33,109 bases of DNA from a virus (taxonomy: Duplodnaviria > Caudoviricetes), in IMG/VR virus record IMGVR_UViG_3300020045_001853, positions 1 through 33,109 of that record; one strand, written 5' to 3'. The notes beneath the pieces are model-generated. The model saw only the letters and a program-made list of their open reading frames with translations, was not told the origin of the DNA and did no database searches. Numbering within the stretch: position 1 is the stretch's first letter; each line of letters starts with the position of its first letter. Below are positions 10,001 through 17,428 of this stretch, piece after piece. The translations under genes were made by a program, and so were the position numbers.

Positions 10001-12084
10001 TTGTACATTAAACCCTTAAAAACATTCTCAAAGAACTCAGCAATACCTGTAGATAATCCTTTCATAAATAGAGCGAAACCACTGAAGTCCTGTTTCATCT
10101 GTTCAGTCGTAATCCTGTTTGATTCCTTCATAGCATTCATTGCTAGAGCAACTGCTTCTGCAGTCCTACCTAGGCTCTGAAGTTCAGCAACTGCTCTAAT
10201 AACTTCAGGTGCTATATTTCCAGCAGACATTGCTAGTTCATACATAGCCTTGACTGGGTCACCCTTGAGTTTAGCAAATGCTTTCACTGTGTCTTCAATT
10301 GCAACACCTGCGTACTTCTGCATATTCACTGCAGACTCAGTTACGAGCTTAATCTCTTCTTTTACGAAGCCACCTTCTTTAGCCATAGCTGAGATAACAT
10401 CCAGAGCTTTAGTTGTGCTGATACCTACGGCGTTCAAGCTCTGAGCATAACCAATAGCTTGTACTTGAGATAAACCCAAGGATGCTCCGTTCAATGCAAG
10501 GCTTACAGCAAAAGCATCTTGTTGTTTGATTACTTGGTACATTGCTACACCTAGACCAACAAGCGCCCCAATAACACCAACAGCTAATACACCAGATAAT
10601 ATACGCACACCCGCTACAACCTTAAGCATGCCTTGTGCGAACTTATCACCGGCGCTGGCAGATATTACATAAGCAATTTCCATATCTCGGAGTGCTTTAC
10701 CAGCAATAGGGAGCTTCATCGTCAAATCAACAAGACTGCTACCAAGATTCTGTAAACCACCAACAGCCATAGTACCAAATGCTTTACCAATATTAGCGAT
10801 GTTCTTGTACATATTAGGTAATGCACTAGCGAGAATACCACCCATCTTATTAGCTTCAATACCAGCTAATGAGATTTGATCCGCTAGTTGACCACCTTGT
10901 TGTACTGCAATAGTATACAGGGATTGCTGACCTGTTAATAGACCCGAGAAAATGTCAGTTAACTGCGGCCCTACAGCACGAGTAACATAGTCCACTTTAT
11001 TCTGGTATTCTTTCAGATCATCCGTCTGTTTCTTAAACGCAGATGTACTCTGGATTTTCTCTAGTTTCTTTCTGTACGTCTCTAGTTGACCTGCAGCTTG
11101 AACACCAGTTACACCTGTTTTAGTCAAGTGCTCTTGGAACTTAATCAAGCGGTTACTATTGGACATTTGAAGATCGGAGTTCACCTCTTGTAGAACGAAA
11201 TCCACACGCTTGAGTTCTTTCTCTAGGTAAGCTGCAGCTTTAGCTGACTCGTTCATAGCTTGAGCGTTCTGGCGTTGGAACTGCGCGTTAGCTACGTCCA
11301 TTGGCTGCTCTGTTCTAGTCTTACTCATAGGAGCTAACTGGGATTGGCGCTCAGTCTCTGCGTTCTTCAGTGCGTTAACAGTCTTGACTAAACCCAGATA
11401 AGCATCTTGTTGTTTATTAATCTCTGCAGTAGCCTCAGACAAACCAGTACCCTTGAATGGATCAATATCCATAGCAGCGAACTTACCTTGTACTTCATTA
11501 GCGATCTTGCTGTACTCACGTAACTGCTGACCTGTCAGAAAAATCTCCTTAGATGCCAGAGCAGACCGTTGGTTCAATGAAGTCAATTCTTGTGTAATAG
11601 AACGGATAGAACCGATAGCTGAATCGAAAGGGGACTTCGAGAGTGAACGGATGTTCTCTAGGAGGGCTTTAACGGGTGCTAGAGCGTCCGTAGAAGTAGC
11701 GCCCATACCTCGGGCTACATTAAGGATTGAAGCCTCTGCAGAGGTGCTTCCAGCAGCCATATCCTGCCATTTATTCGTGAGTCTACCGAGTAGAGCTTGG
11801 AGCTTATCTGATTCAGAGATAGCTGCTTTTGTAGCTGCAGTATTACCCTCAGCAGCTTCTTTGGCTTTATTCTCAGCAGATGCGAGTTTAGCCTTTAGAT
11901 TAGCCATGTCAGTCTGAGCTTTAATTCTGACCTTATCAGCAGCAGCCTCATCTTTCGCTTGAGCTAGGCTAGTCTTCTGTACTGATTGTAACTTAGTGAT
12001 TTCATCGCCTAATGCTTTGATTCTATCTGCTGCTGTTTTAAGTTCATCAGTATTAACTACGAATTTTAATTCTGCTAAATCCAT
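7018..12084 (-). CDS. Tail tape measure protein
   Basis: 1688 aa, Ala/Gln/Lys-rich and helical. Contains the lambda-like QLTDIFSGLLTGQQSLYTIAVQQGGQL motif and Gly-rich hydrophobic stretches. Follows the tail chaperones. Confidence 0.93.
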   Translation of the reverse strand: MDLAELKFVVNTDELKTAADRIKALGDEITKLQSVQKTSLAQAKDEAAADKVRIKAQTDMANLKAKLASAENKAKEAAEGNTAATKAAISESDKLQALLGRLTNKWQDMAAGSTSAEASILNVARGMGATSTDALAPVKALLENIRSLSKSPFDSAIGSIRSITQELTSLNQRSALASKEIFLTGQQLREYSKIANEVQGKFAAMDIDPFKGTGLSEATAEINKQQDAYLGLVKTVNALKNAETERQSQLAPMSKTRTEQPMDVANAQFQRQNAQAMNESAKAAAYLEKELKRVDFVLQEVNSDLQMSNSNRLIKFQEHLTKTGVTGVQAAGQLETYRKKLEKIQSTSAFKKQTDDLKEYQNKVDYVTRAVGPQLTDIFSGLLTGQQSLYTIAVQQGGQLADQISLAGIEANKMGGILASALPNMYKNIANIGKAFGTMAVGGLQNLGSSLVDLTMKLPIAGKALRDMEIAYVISASAGDKFAQGMLKVVAGVRILSGVLAVGVIGALVGLGVAMYQVIKQQDAFAVSLALNGASLGLSQVQAIGYAQSLNAVGISTTKALDVISAMAKEGGFVKEEIKLVTESAVNMQKYAGVAIEDTVKAFAKLKGDPVKAMYELAMSAGNIAPEVIRAVAELQSLGRTAEAVALAMNAMKESNRITTEQMKQDFSGFALFMKGLSTGIAEFFENVFKGLMYKASPVQALEGQLASVQEKILSTRANLSTLGSLGIGGDDRTLKALEYEARMISSQISGLTVKNELTTQNQQRNSEAARALQINAGIEEGLNAKLLSGSKTRVTQTEYVAKAVQNYRKELKGAAVDAGVLAKVEQVATQEWLTSQKKAAVDRPAKLLAKDLEVLADIKNKALGLNRDYNDSERTLTRLREQDKISVDEYRVALTELNDQQPRAIKLATAVRELAKAWEDTVKAQAKKDEDFFKDFDAAVQVRKELQGQTAEIEFQRTLVGKTEEQQKHLTQEFQTQTKLKQDQFQLEKDLLDIREKYKGDALTIKMFEEEAYMRSAERIKATNAGVALQYAQDMQKEFDSIKATITDAVVTALFDGGKAGSQKLRDSIKAAFRNKITVVIDAVVNTVMGSMGSVAQTAMSVAGGSSGGIMGSMSNIYSMMRGGSSLGIAGTAAGSLGEVSSFLFDKGFESLGQTALDTANGILKFKDAINTGGDILGYATAAYSLSQGKYGAAAGQAIGTFFGGPIGSFIGGSVGGLLDSAFGWGSKSPTSSTGGASMSFNAANQRTAYNPYYDSRQGSNPQTDAVVYGLQQSYMDATKALGIAAEATTFIFAGNTGKNGKNPNFYMGGGTASNKFYQGETTKSDAAIQLAASRAVFAAVKGSALPRYLAGVFDGMSASAMSEEQINAVIKTAQSFKILHDSLLNLPFVNLMDMSYATAKALTDAVGGMDAFNTKLSSYYSNFYSQEEQKVQTAKNINKILEGTGFDAANATREQFKALVNAQDVSTVAGRAMYATLLGVADAFASITPSIEDTTTAAQALVQAMIDSSKKLQDAINEVRGTQVSPAETVKNQQYEFDKTYAMALATTGETRIGYADELAAILPDLSEAIKATSGSTAEWMARTAAAFGQAQNLANLMGTGAGATTVSTTGTLGATTPAISTLSAPGSTSIVFDNSAVVTAVQALNANIDLLRIEVQADVQHNAKTAKLLDRVIPDGQSVQVKIAV

Positions 12085-12172
12085 TGGTTACTCCTTTAAG
12101 GATTCTGTGTATCTATGTATCTGTATTCTCTTTAGTCTAAGTACTAGGTTTGGATTATCTAATGCTCAAACG

Positions 12173-12209
12173 AAAGAAAACCCCAAGGGCTTATATCAGC
12201 CAAAGGGGT
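12173..12209 (-). terminator. Intrinsic terminator after tail chaperone genes
   Basis: Minus strand ACCCC-TTT-GGCT-gatata-AGCC-CTT-GGGGT-TTTCTTT. Confidence 0.7.
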
Positions 12210-12229
12210 AATTGGGGTTATGTTTTATT

Positions 12230-12613
12230 CTACTTTTTAGCCTTCGCTTTTGCCTGCTCTTTAGCTTGAAGTTCAGCATAATACTGCAGCACAATACCGT
12301 CTAGTCTTTTTATTGCTTTTACTTCCCATGTTTCAGGCTCTTCTTTATTCAGGGTGTAATACGCTAGTATCTCACTGTACTGAATAGGATTAGCTGAACT
12401 CATACCTGCAGTTCTGGTGTTATGAAGGTCAATAAAATTACTCCATATCTGTACCATAGATTCAGGTAGCTCTTTTAGCTCAAGTAACTCAGGAGGTGTT
12501 ATACCGGTTTGTCTCTGTACTGACAGGAGTTGAGCGCGTGTACTATTAGCACCTGAACCGAGCTTGAACTCCTGTGTACAATACTGCGCTAACTCCTCTA
12601 GATCATTTGGGTC
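12230..12613 (-). CDS. Tail assembly chaperone, frameshifted C-terminal extension (gpT-like)
   Basis: The frame of the 75-aa ORF stays open upstream through the end of the 143-aa gene (DPNDLEELAQYCTQEF...ESMVQIW). It is the +1 frame. Predicted fusion is 267 aa. Confidence 0.75.
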   Translation of the reverse strand, partial: DPNDLEELAQYCTQEFKLGSGANSTRAQLLSVQRQTGITPPELLELKELPESMVQIWSNFIDLHNTRTAGMSSANPIQYSEILAYYTLNKEEPETWEVKAIKRLDGIVLQYYAELQAKEQAKAKAKK

Positions 12614-13034
12614 GAAAGTTGAAAGCCTGTTGGCTCTCCTCTAGAACTTGCTCACGAATCCATGAGTGTTGTTTGAGGATTTCAGCGCAGGTATCTTTAG
12701 AGAATACAACCTCAGCACCTTCATTAGCAATACCACGCCAAGAGATAACACGGTTAGTAGCGGATTCAACACTCAATGACTCAGCAGTTTCTAGGTCCAT
12801 TTCGTAATCTTTACCTTTTCGTTTAGCAGCTTGTACTTGCATTTGGTACTCGTTGTACTTCTTCTTAGCGTACTGCTTTACTACAGGGGATTGCTCACCG
12901 CGTACAGTAATGAAAGCGCCAGTAGCCTCACCAGAGCCCGGTAGAACAAGCTCGAACTCATAGCCAGCTTCAGCGGATTTAGCTGGGTCGTTTTTAGATA
13001 GATCAAATAGACCGGAGGTTGCTTTAGTAGCCAT
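12603..13034 (-). CDS. Tail assembly chaperone (gpG-like)
   Basis: Lies between the major tail and tape measure genes. VISWRGI and WIREQV..NF motifs, SD AAGGA. Confidence 0.8.
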   Translation of the reverse strand: MATKATSGLFDLSKNDPAKSAEAGYEFELVLPGSGEATGAFITVRGEQSPVVKQYAKKKYNEYQMQVQAAKRKGKDYEMDLETAESLSVESATNRVISWRGIANEGAEVVFSKDTCAEILKQHSWIREQVLEESQQAFNFRPK

Positions 13035-13107
13035 GTGTATATTCCTTTGCTTAGATTAATAAAATGATAGAGATGGACTAATTGGTGTACACCTCTCATT
13101 GAATCGT

Positions 13108-13136
13108 AGTTTATCATCTGGGGTCTGTATTGTCAA
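13108..13136 (-). promoter_or_regulatory. Sigma70-type promoter for tail chaperone genes
   Basis: TTGACA-17 bp-TAAACT with a TGn extension, just downstream of a terminator. Confidence 0.7.
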
Positions 13137-13190
13137 GAAGAGGCGTAAGCACAAGGGTTACTCAAGGATTGAGATATTAAGCAGACGTAG

Positions 13191-13225
13191 AAAAACCCCT
13201 AGAACCTCAGAAAGGAACTAGGGGT
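13191..13225 (-). terminator. Intrinsic terminator after major tail gene
   Basis: Minus strand ACCCCTAG-TT-CCT-ttctg-AGG-TT-CTAGGGGT-TTTT. Confidence 0.8.
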
Positions 13226-13236
13226 CAATATTAGTA

Positions 13237-14457
13237 TTAAACTAAAGTACTATCTTGAATCATGATAGTTGTAGCAGCTAAACCAGCGGTTGTAACTTCA
13301 TTCTCAAGAGCCGTAAAGCTTGCTTGGGCAAGGATGCCCAATTCGGCATCAGCAACTGAAAAATCAGTTAGCTTAACTTTGCTCAGCGTAAAGCTCAAGA
13401 AGTCCGAGGTTGCTGTGTTGTTGACTGCAAGCACCATTACTAGTGATACTGGGGTTTCATTATCGAAGTAATCCCGGAAAGCAGCATCTTGGAAATACAC
13501 AGATAAGCTACCTGTTGCGGTGATGCGTCCAGTAAACACGTCGGCAATACTGTTAGAACCAATAGCAGTTGCATTCTCCATTGCACGGTCAACAGTAAAA
13601 TCAGCAGAAGTAACAAGAGCTACAGGTAATCCACCAACCAACATTACACCAGACACAGCAGCCAATAGTCCGTTAGTACCTTGTGCTGCTGGGGATGTGA
13701 AATACTGAGAGGTTCCTTTAGCTGCTAAATCCTTACCCATGAAACCGAAGTCAACAGTAGTCAAACCAGTAGCAGGTAGAGACACCGCCATTGAGTTAAC
13801 TTTAACACCAGAGAACACAGAGGATTGAGCGATATCGCTGTACCACTCTTCTACAGAGTAGGAATCTTCAGTATGGCCTGTTAGTGGAACATACGTTGTT
13901 TTACCAGTAACTGCAATAGTAGCAGCAGTAACAGTAGGGGCTGCTGTGAGTGTTGTAGCGTTCACAACAGATACAGTCAATACAAGAGCACTCATTGAGG
14001 CAACAAGTAGATTCTTATTCAGGGTATCTGCATTGGCGCCGGTAGCAGCAGTGACACGCACTACTTGACCTACTTGTAGACCTGATGTTAACCACGTACC
14101 TGTAGCACGAGTAAACGTATACAAACCAAGAGTAGGACCAGCTACAGCAAAGGCCAGACCAGTAACAGCCGTAACAGCCGTAAAGTCCCGAGCAACTAAT
14201 GATTGCATGAAATCAGAGTAGCTGTTAGGGCTCAGTTCGCCATTCAATGTACCAGTAGCACTACGAATGCCATGACGTTCATCATTTGTCTGACGAGAAG
14301 TTCTAAGCTCTGCGCTGGCATACGATTCTTTTACTAGATTGAAATCAGCAGTAACTCGACGGAGTTGTTTAGCACCAGCGCCTGCTACTGGAGTACCCCA
14401 AGATACCTCCTTTTTATAACTAACGATCTTAGCTGTACCTTTTGCGATATTTGCCAT
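13237..14457 (-). CDS. Major tail (tube) protein
   Basis: SYKKEVSWGT, SAELRTSRQ and ATGSLSVYFQD tail-tube features, with a Thr/Ala/Val-rich inserted beta domain. Synteny fits. Confidence 0.85.
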   Translation of the reverse strand: MANIAKGTAKIVSYKKEVSWGTPVAGAGAKQLRRVTADFNLVKESYASAELRTSRQTNDERHGIRSATGTLNGELSPNSYSDFMQSLVARDFTAVTAVTGLAFAVAGPTLGLYTFTRATGTWLTSGLQVGQVVRVTAATGANADTLNKNLLVASMSALVLTVSVVNATTLTAAPTVTAATIAVTGKTTYVPLTGHTEDSYSVEEWYSDIAQSSVFSGVKVNSMAVSLPATGLTTVDFGFMGKDLAAKGTSQYFTSPAAQGTNGLLAAVSGVMLVGGLPVALVTSADFTVDRAMENATAIGSNSIADVFTGRITATGSLSVYFQDAAFRDYFDNETPVSLVMVLAVNNTATSDFLSFTLSKVKLTDFSVADAELGILAQASFTALENEVTTAGLAATTIMIQDSTLV

Positions 14458-14551
14458 ATTATATTTTCCTTATTAATTAGTGATTAGATTTACTTTGCAA
14501 AGTACCTTAGCTTTTATGAAGGAGCTAAGAAGAACCTTATAGAACACATAA

Positions 14552-14962
14552 TCAGCTACTATGAACTTCCACGACTAGCTGAATAACCACAGGTACTACC
14601 AGCCGATCACCCGCTACTGTACAACCAGTAATCTGAGGTGTATTCAACACGTAGATATTCTTCCCGTCCTCTAGCATATAAGAACCCTTGGTGAATAACC
14701 CCCTGACCTCTTCGGCTTTAGCGTAAGCACCAGCAGTACCTACGTTCAGTACATCACACACGAACACTTGAAAGCTCATGCGCTCACGGTAGTACGTAGA
14801 GCCCAGCGTGGGGTCATCTGGACGTTGTAACGTGAATTGGGTACGGAGGTACATACCAGCAGGAGGGACGAATTTAACGCCCTCATAAGCTGTCGGTAGA
14901 GCTGGAGATAACGTACTGAGCTTTCGTTCTGCTGCTCGTTTAGCTGCTAGGATTGGGGACAT
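14552..14962 (-). CDS. Tail terminator / tail completion protein
   Basis: Size, AYEGVKFVPP and FQVFV..VGTAGA motifs, and position before the major tail gene. Confidence 0.7.
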   Translation of the reverse strand: MSPILAAKRAAERKLSTLSPALPTAYEGVKFVPPAGMYLRTQFTLQRPDDPTLGSTYYRERMSFQVFVCDVLNVGTAGAYAKAEEVRGLFTKGSYMLEDGKNIYVLNTPQITGCTVAGDRLVVPVVIQLVVEVHSS

Positions 14963-15019
14963 TTATACCTCTGTTTATTCGGCTTGTTATAGTGGATGCT
15001 ACTTCGCGTGTTGGCGCTC

Positions 15020-15496
15020 TTACTTAGCATAGTGCCGCTGAAAGTCCACAGAGTAAGCACCAGTTATATCATTCAGAGTAGGTTGTAGTATTCCGTTACC
15101 ATTAGTCTGTGGACTGTAGTTCGCCTCTAGATCGTCTATGTACGGTGCAGAATTACCAATGTAGAACGTAGAGCCAAGAACATAAGCTTGACTCGTGTAC
15201 TCAACAGTATCTAGAGCTACTTCGTTACTGAACTGTCCTGCGTTTAGCTGTAGAGTGAATGCACTGTCTGTACTGAACTGCCAGTTACCTCTAGCTATAC
15301 CTTCTACTTGTGGAAGTGCAGTTCTAGCCTTGTAGTACCTAGCGTATAGCTCAGAGTCCCCTAGGGGTGTATTCTCAATAGCTCTAAGGCTGAACTCATA
15401 CGCGAACCCACGTACCATTTGCTCCATACGCTTGACAGCATCTTTATGAGCAGCATCAAGACTAGCTAGAAGTGCTGTAATATCGAAGGTTATCAT
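15020..15496 (-). CDS. Neck/tail completion protein (HK97 gp10-like)
   Basis: NTPLGD, GIARGNWQ and YIGNSAPYIDDLE..YSPQ motifs. Confidence 0.75.
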   Translation of the reverse strand: MITFDITALLASLDAAHKDAVKRMEQMVRGFAYEFSLRAIENTPLGDSELYARYYKARTALPQVEGIARGNWQFSTDSAFTLQLNAGQFSNEVALDTVEYTSQAYVLGSTFYIGNSAPYIDDLEANYSPQTNGNGILQPTLNDITGAYSVDFQRHYAK

Positions 15497-15501
15497 ACAG
15501 T

Positions 15502-15867
15502 CTAACCCTTATAAGCCAGTACTTTATAGATCACTACTTGACCACCAGCTACGTGCTCACGGACTGAATCAACTGTGTATACAGCTGAATCTCTCGTGAT
15601 CTTATCTTGTGGTTTAGGAGGTGTAACAAGGTCTGTACCAACAATCAAGAACTCCTCTACTACTTTATTCACTAGACTAGGATAGTTCCACTGAGATACT
15701 TTAACTGTCTTGGGGAATGCTACAAGAGTTGTCAATACCTCTGTATTAGCTGAAGTACCAGTCTCTACGTTGTACACTGATGTAGTAACTGCAGCGTAGT
15801 CTATGCTTACACCGTTTGGATAGATTAATTCTTTGGCTGAACGGATGAACTGTAGATGAAGGCTCAT
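15502..15867 (-). CDS. Head closure / head-tail adaptor protein
   Basis: YNVETG and PKPQDKI..YTV pattern, synteny. Confidence 0.65.
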   Translation of the reverse strand: MSLHLQFIRSAKELIYPNGVSIDYAAVTTSVYNVETGTSANTEVLTTLVAFPKTVKVSQWNYPSLVNKVVEEFLIVGTDLVTPPKPQDKITRDSAVYTVDSVREHVAGGQVVIYKVLAYKG

Positions 15868-15877
15868 TTAATGCACC

Positions 15878-16312
15878 TTAAATACGGAAGTACGAATCAG
15901 CGTAAGAGCCGGGGTACTGTACGGGGTTCGCTGGAATATCTTCCGGTGTACGTGCGTAGTTCACGTCGGGGTTGTCTATGTTGGATTGCATGTCTGATAC
16001 GCTGATACCACCTGCGTAACCCTGACAGTTAGCCAGCACTGGGTTCATGCTAGGGTCCCGTAGGAACATCTGGAGGGCTAGGCGGTAGGATTCAGCGGTT
16101 TTACTCCCTCTGATGCTTAGTATGTCCACGGTGTTATCGCCGCGCATACTCAGGTTGAACAGAATAACACGCGCACAATCCAGTGCTGTACGGTTGATAT
16201 TACTCTCGTTCTTATCCAAGAAGTACTGGATTTCTTCGTCGGAGATTATGTACAACCCAACGGAATTGTCCTGGACGGTTAACCGGATGATTTGAATAGG
16301 TGTTAAAGCCAT
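15878..16312 (-). CDS. Head-tail connector protein
   Basis: IRLTVQD..ISDEEIQYFL and YAGGISVSDM pattern. First structural gene after the capsid and endonuclease. Confidence 0.7.
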   Translation of the reverse strand: MALTPIQIIRLTVQDNSVGLYIISDEEIQYFLDKNESNINRTALDCARVILFNLSMRGDNTVDILSIRGSKTAESYRLALQMFLRDPSMNPVLANCQGYAGGISVSDMQSNIDNPDVNYARTPEDIPANPVQYPGSYADSYFRI

Positions 16313-16442
16313 TGGTTATTGTCCTTTTGTTCTGGTGTAAGCTGGTTTAATTCTTATGTTTATATTTCCGCAGAACTTGAGGTAAATGCTGTGGAAATAT
16401 CCCGAGGTTAGTCGGGTATTTGATGTGATTTGATCTGGAGTA

Positions 16443-17270
16443 TTACGTGCCGTGTCTATCGGTGTAACCTGCGCCTTGGAGGTTCAGTAAACGGATTTGT
16501 TCTTTGCGCCATTCATATGCCAGCTTAAACGCAGGAAGTAACCCGTGTTTATTTATAGAGTAAGTTTTAACTTTTATCTTACCGTTGTCGGACCATGCTG
16601 CTTGGCAATAGTTATAGTGTCCAGCAACTGAGAAATATATACCTGTCTTACCTGACACATTATCTGTTCGTATCTTTTTATTCTTGGTATTGTCATGTTG
16701 ACTACAAAGTTTTAAATTCTCCACCCTGTTGTCTAAACTGTCACCATTCAAATGGTCAATTACTAAGGACTTATCAGGATAGACTCCATACACTAAAAAC
16801 CAAACAACCCGTGAAACAACATAGAGTACTTTATCTATCTTACATACGACATTTGTATAACCATTAGAAGTGCTACTTCCTCCAGCCTCGTCTCCTGCTC
16901 TGGCACTTATATGGGAATACTTTCTACCGCTATACCTATTAACTTTCCAGCGTATACCTGTTGAGGAAGTTGGATCATATTCTACATACTTTAAAATTGA
17001 CTCAGTGTTAACCTTAAGATTACCTGTCTTAGAATTGACAAGTTGATCCTTGAGTTTCTCAATTAGTTCAAACTCTTTATCTAACGCTTCATTATTACTT
17101 AGATTACCTATTAGTATTTCACTATACCATACCTTGTCTTTTGCATAAGCCTTCCAGCTTTTTGGACGTTGAAATCTGCTCTTGTATCGTTTATCACACC
17201 CTTTGCCTATGTAAAATAGTGTTCCATCTTCAAGGTAATGTCCGTAGACATAGTACTTCTTTTCTTCCAT
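16443..17270 (-). CDS. Free-standing homing endonuclease: GIY-YIG domain + HNH domain + AP2-like DNA-binding domain
   Basis: YYVYGH...FYIGKG..KR...E...LVN (GIY-YIG), IDHLNGDSLDNRVENL (HNH) and SGKTGIY...AAW..KTYSINKHG (AP2-like). AT-rich insertion between capsid and neck genes. Confidence 0.82.
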   Translation of the reverse strand: MEEKKYYVYGHYLEDGTLFYIGKGCDKRYKSRFQRPKSWKAYAKDKVWYSEILIGNLSNNEALDKEFELIEKLKDQLVNSKTGNLKVNTESILKYVEYDPTSSTGIRWKVNRYSGRKYSHISARAGDEAGGSSTSNGYTNVVCKIDKVLYVVSRVVWFLVYGVYPDKSLVIDHLNGDSLDNRVENLKLCSQHDNTKNKKIRTDNVSGKTGIYFSVAGHYNYCQAAWSDNGKIKVKTYSINKHGLLPAFKLAYEWRKEQIRLLNLQGAGYTDRHGT

Positions 17271-17355
17271 TATTTCTCCCGAAATTCCACTAAAATAAAT
17301 AAGCAGGATGGTGGATAGTCATCTTTTCGGGGATCAGCCTAGCTTATCTGTTATT
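17271..17355 (-). promoter_or_regulatory. Putative structured RNA leader, copy A (three-way junction plus pseudoknot)
   Basis: GATAAGC-TAGG-CTGATCC-CC-GAAAA-GATG-ACTATCCAC-CATC-CT-GCTTATT; the loop TCCAC is complementary to downstream GTGGA. Same architecture as 28297-28378. Confidence 0.6.
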
Positions 17356-17400
17356 ATACACTATAACATAAGGTACTCCTTGTGAGAATACCCTACAGTA

Positions 17401-17421
17401 TAAAGCCTTAGTTAAAAGGCT
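17401..17421 (-). terminator. Possible terminator hairpin after the capsid gene
   Basis: AGCCTT-ttaact-AAGGCT followed by a short T run. A second hairpin lies at about 17371-17394. Confidence 0.4.
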
Positions 17422-17428
17422 AGTTTAC

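Noticed and set aside
12605-12611. Classical -1 slippery heptamer CCCAAAT
   Set aside because: It is in the wrong phase for X_XXY_YYZ slippage, and the -1 frame terminates within a few codons.
17320-17340. Hammerhead ribozyme (CUGAU...GAAA) in leader copy A
   Set aside because: The core reads CUGAUCC, not CUGANGA, and copy B lacks CUGA at that position.
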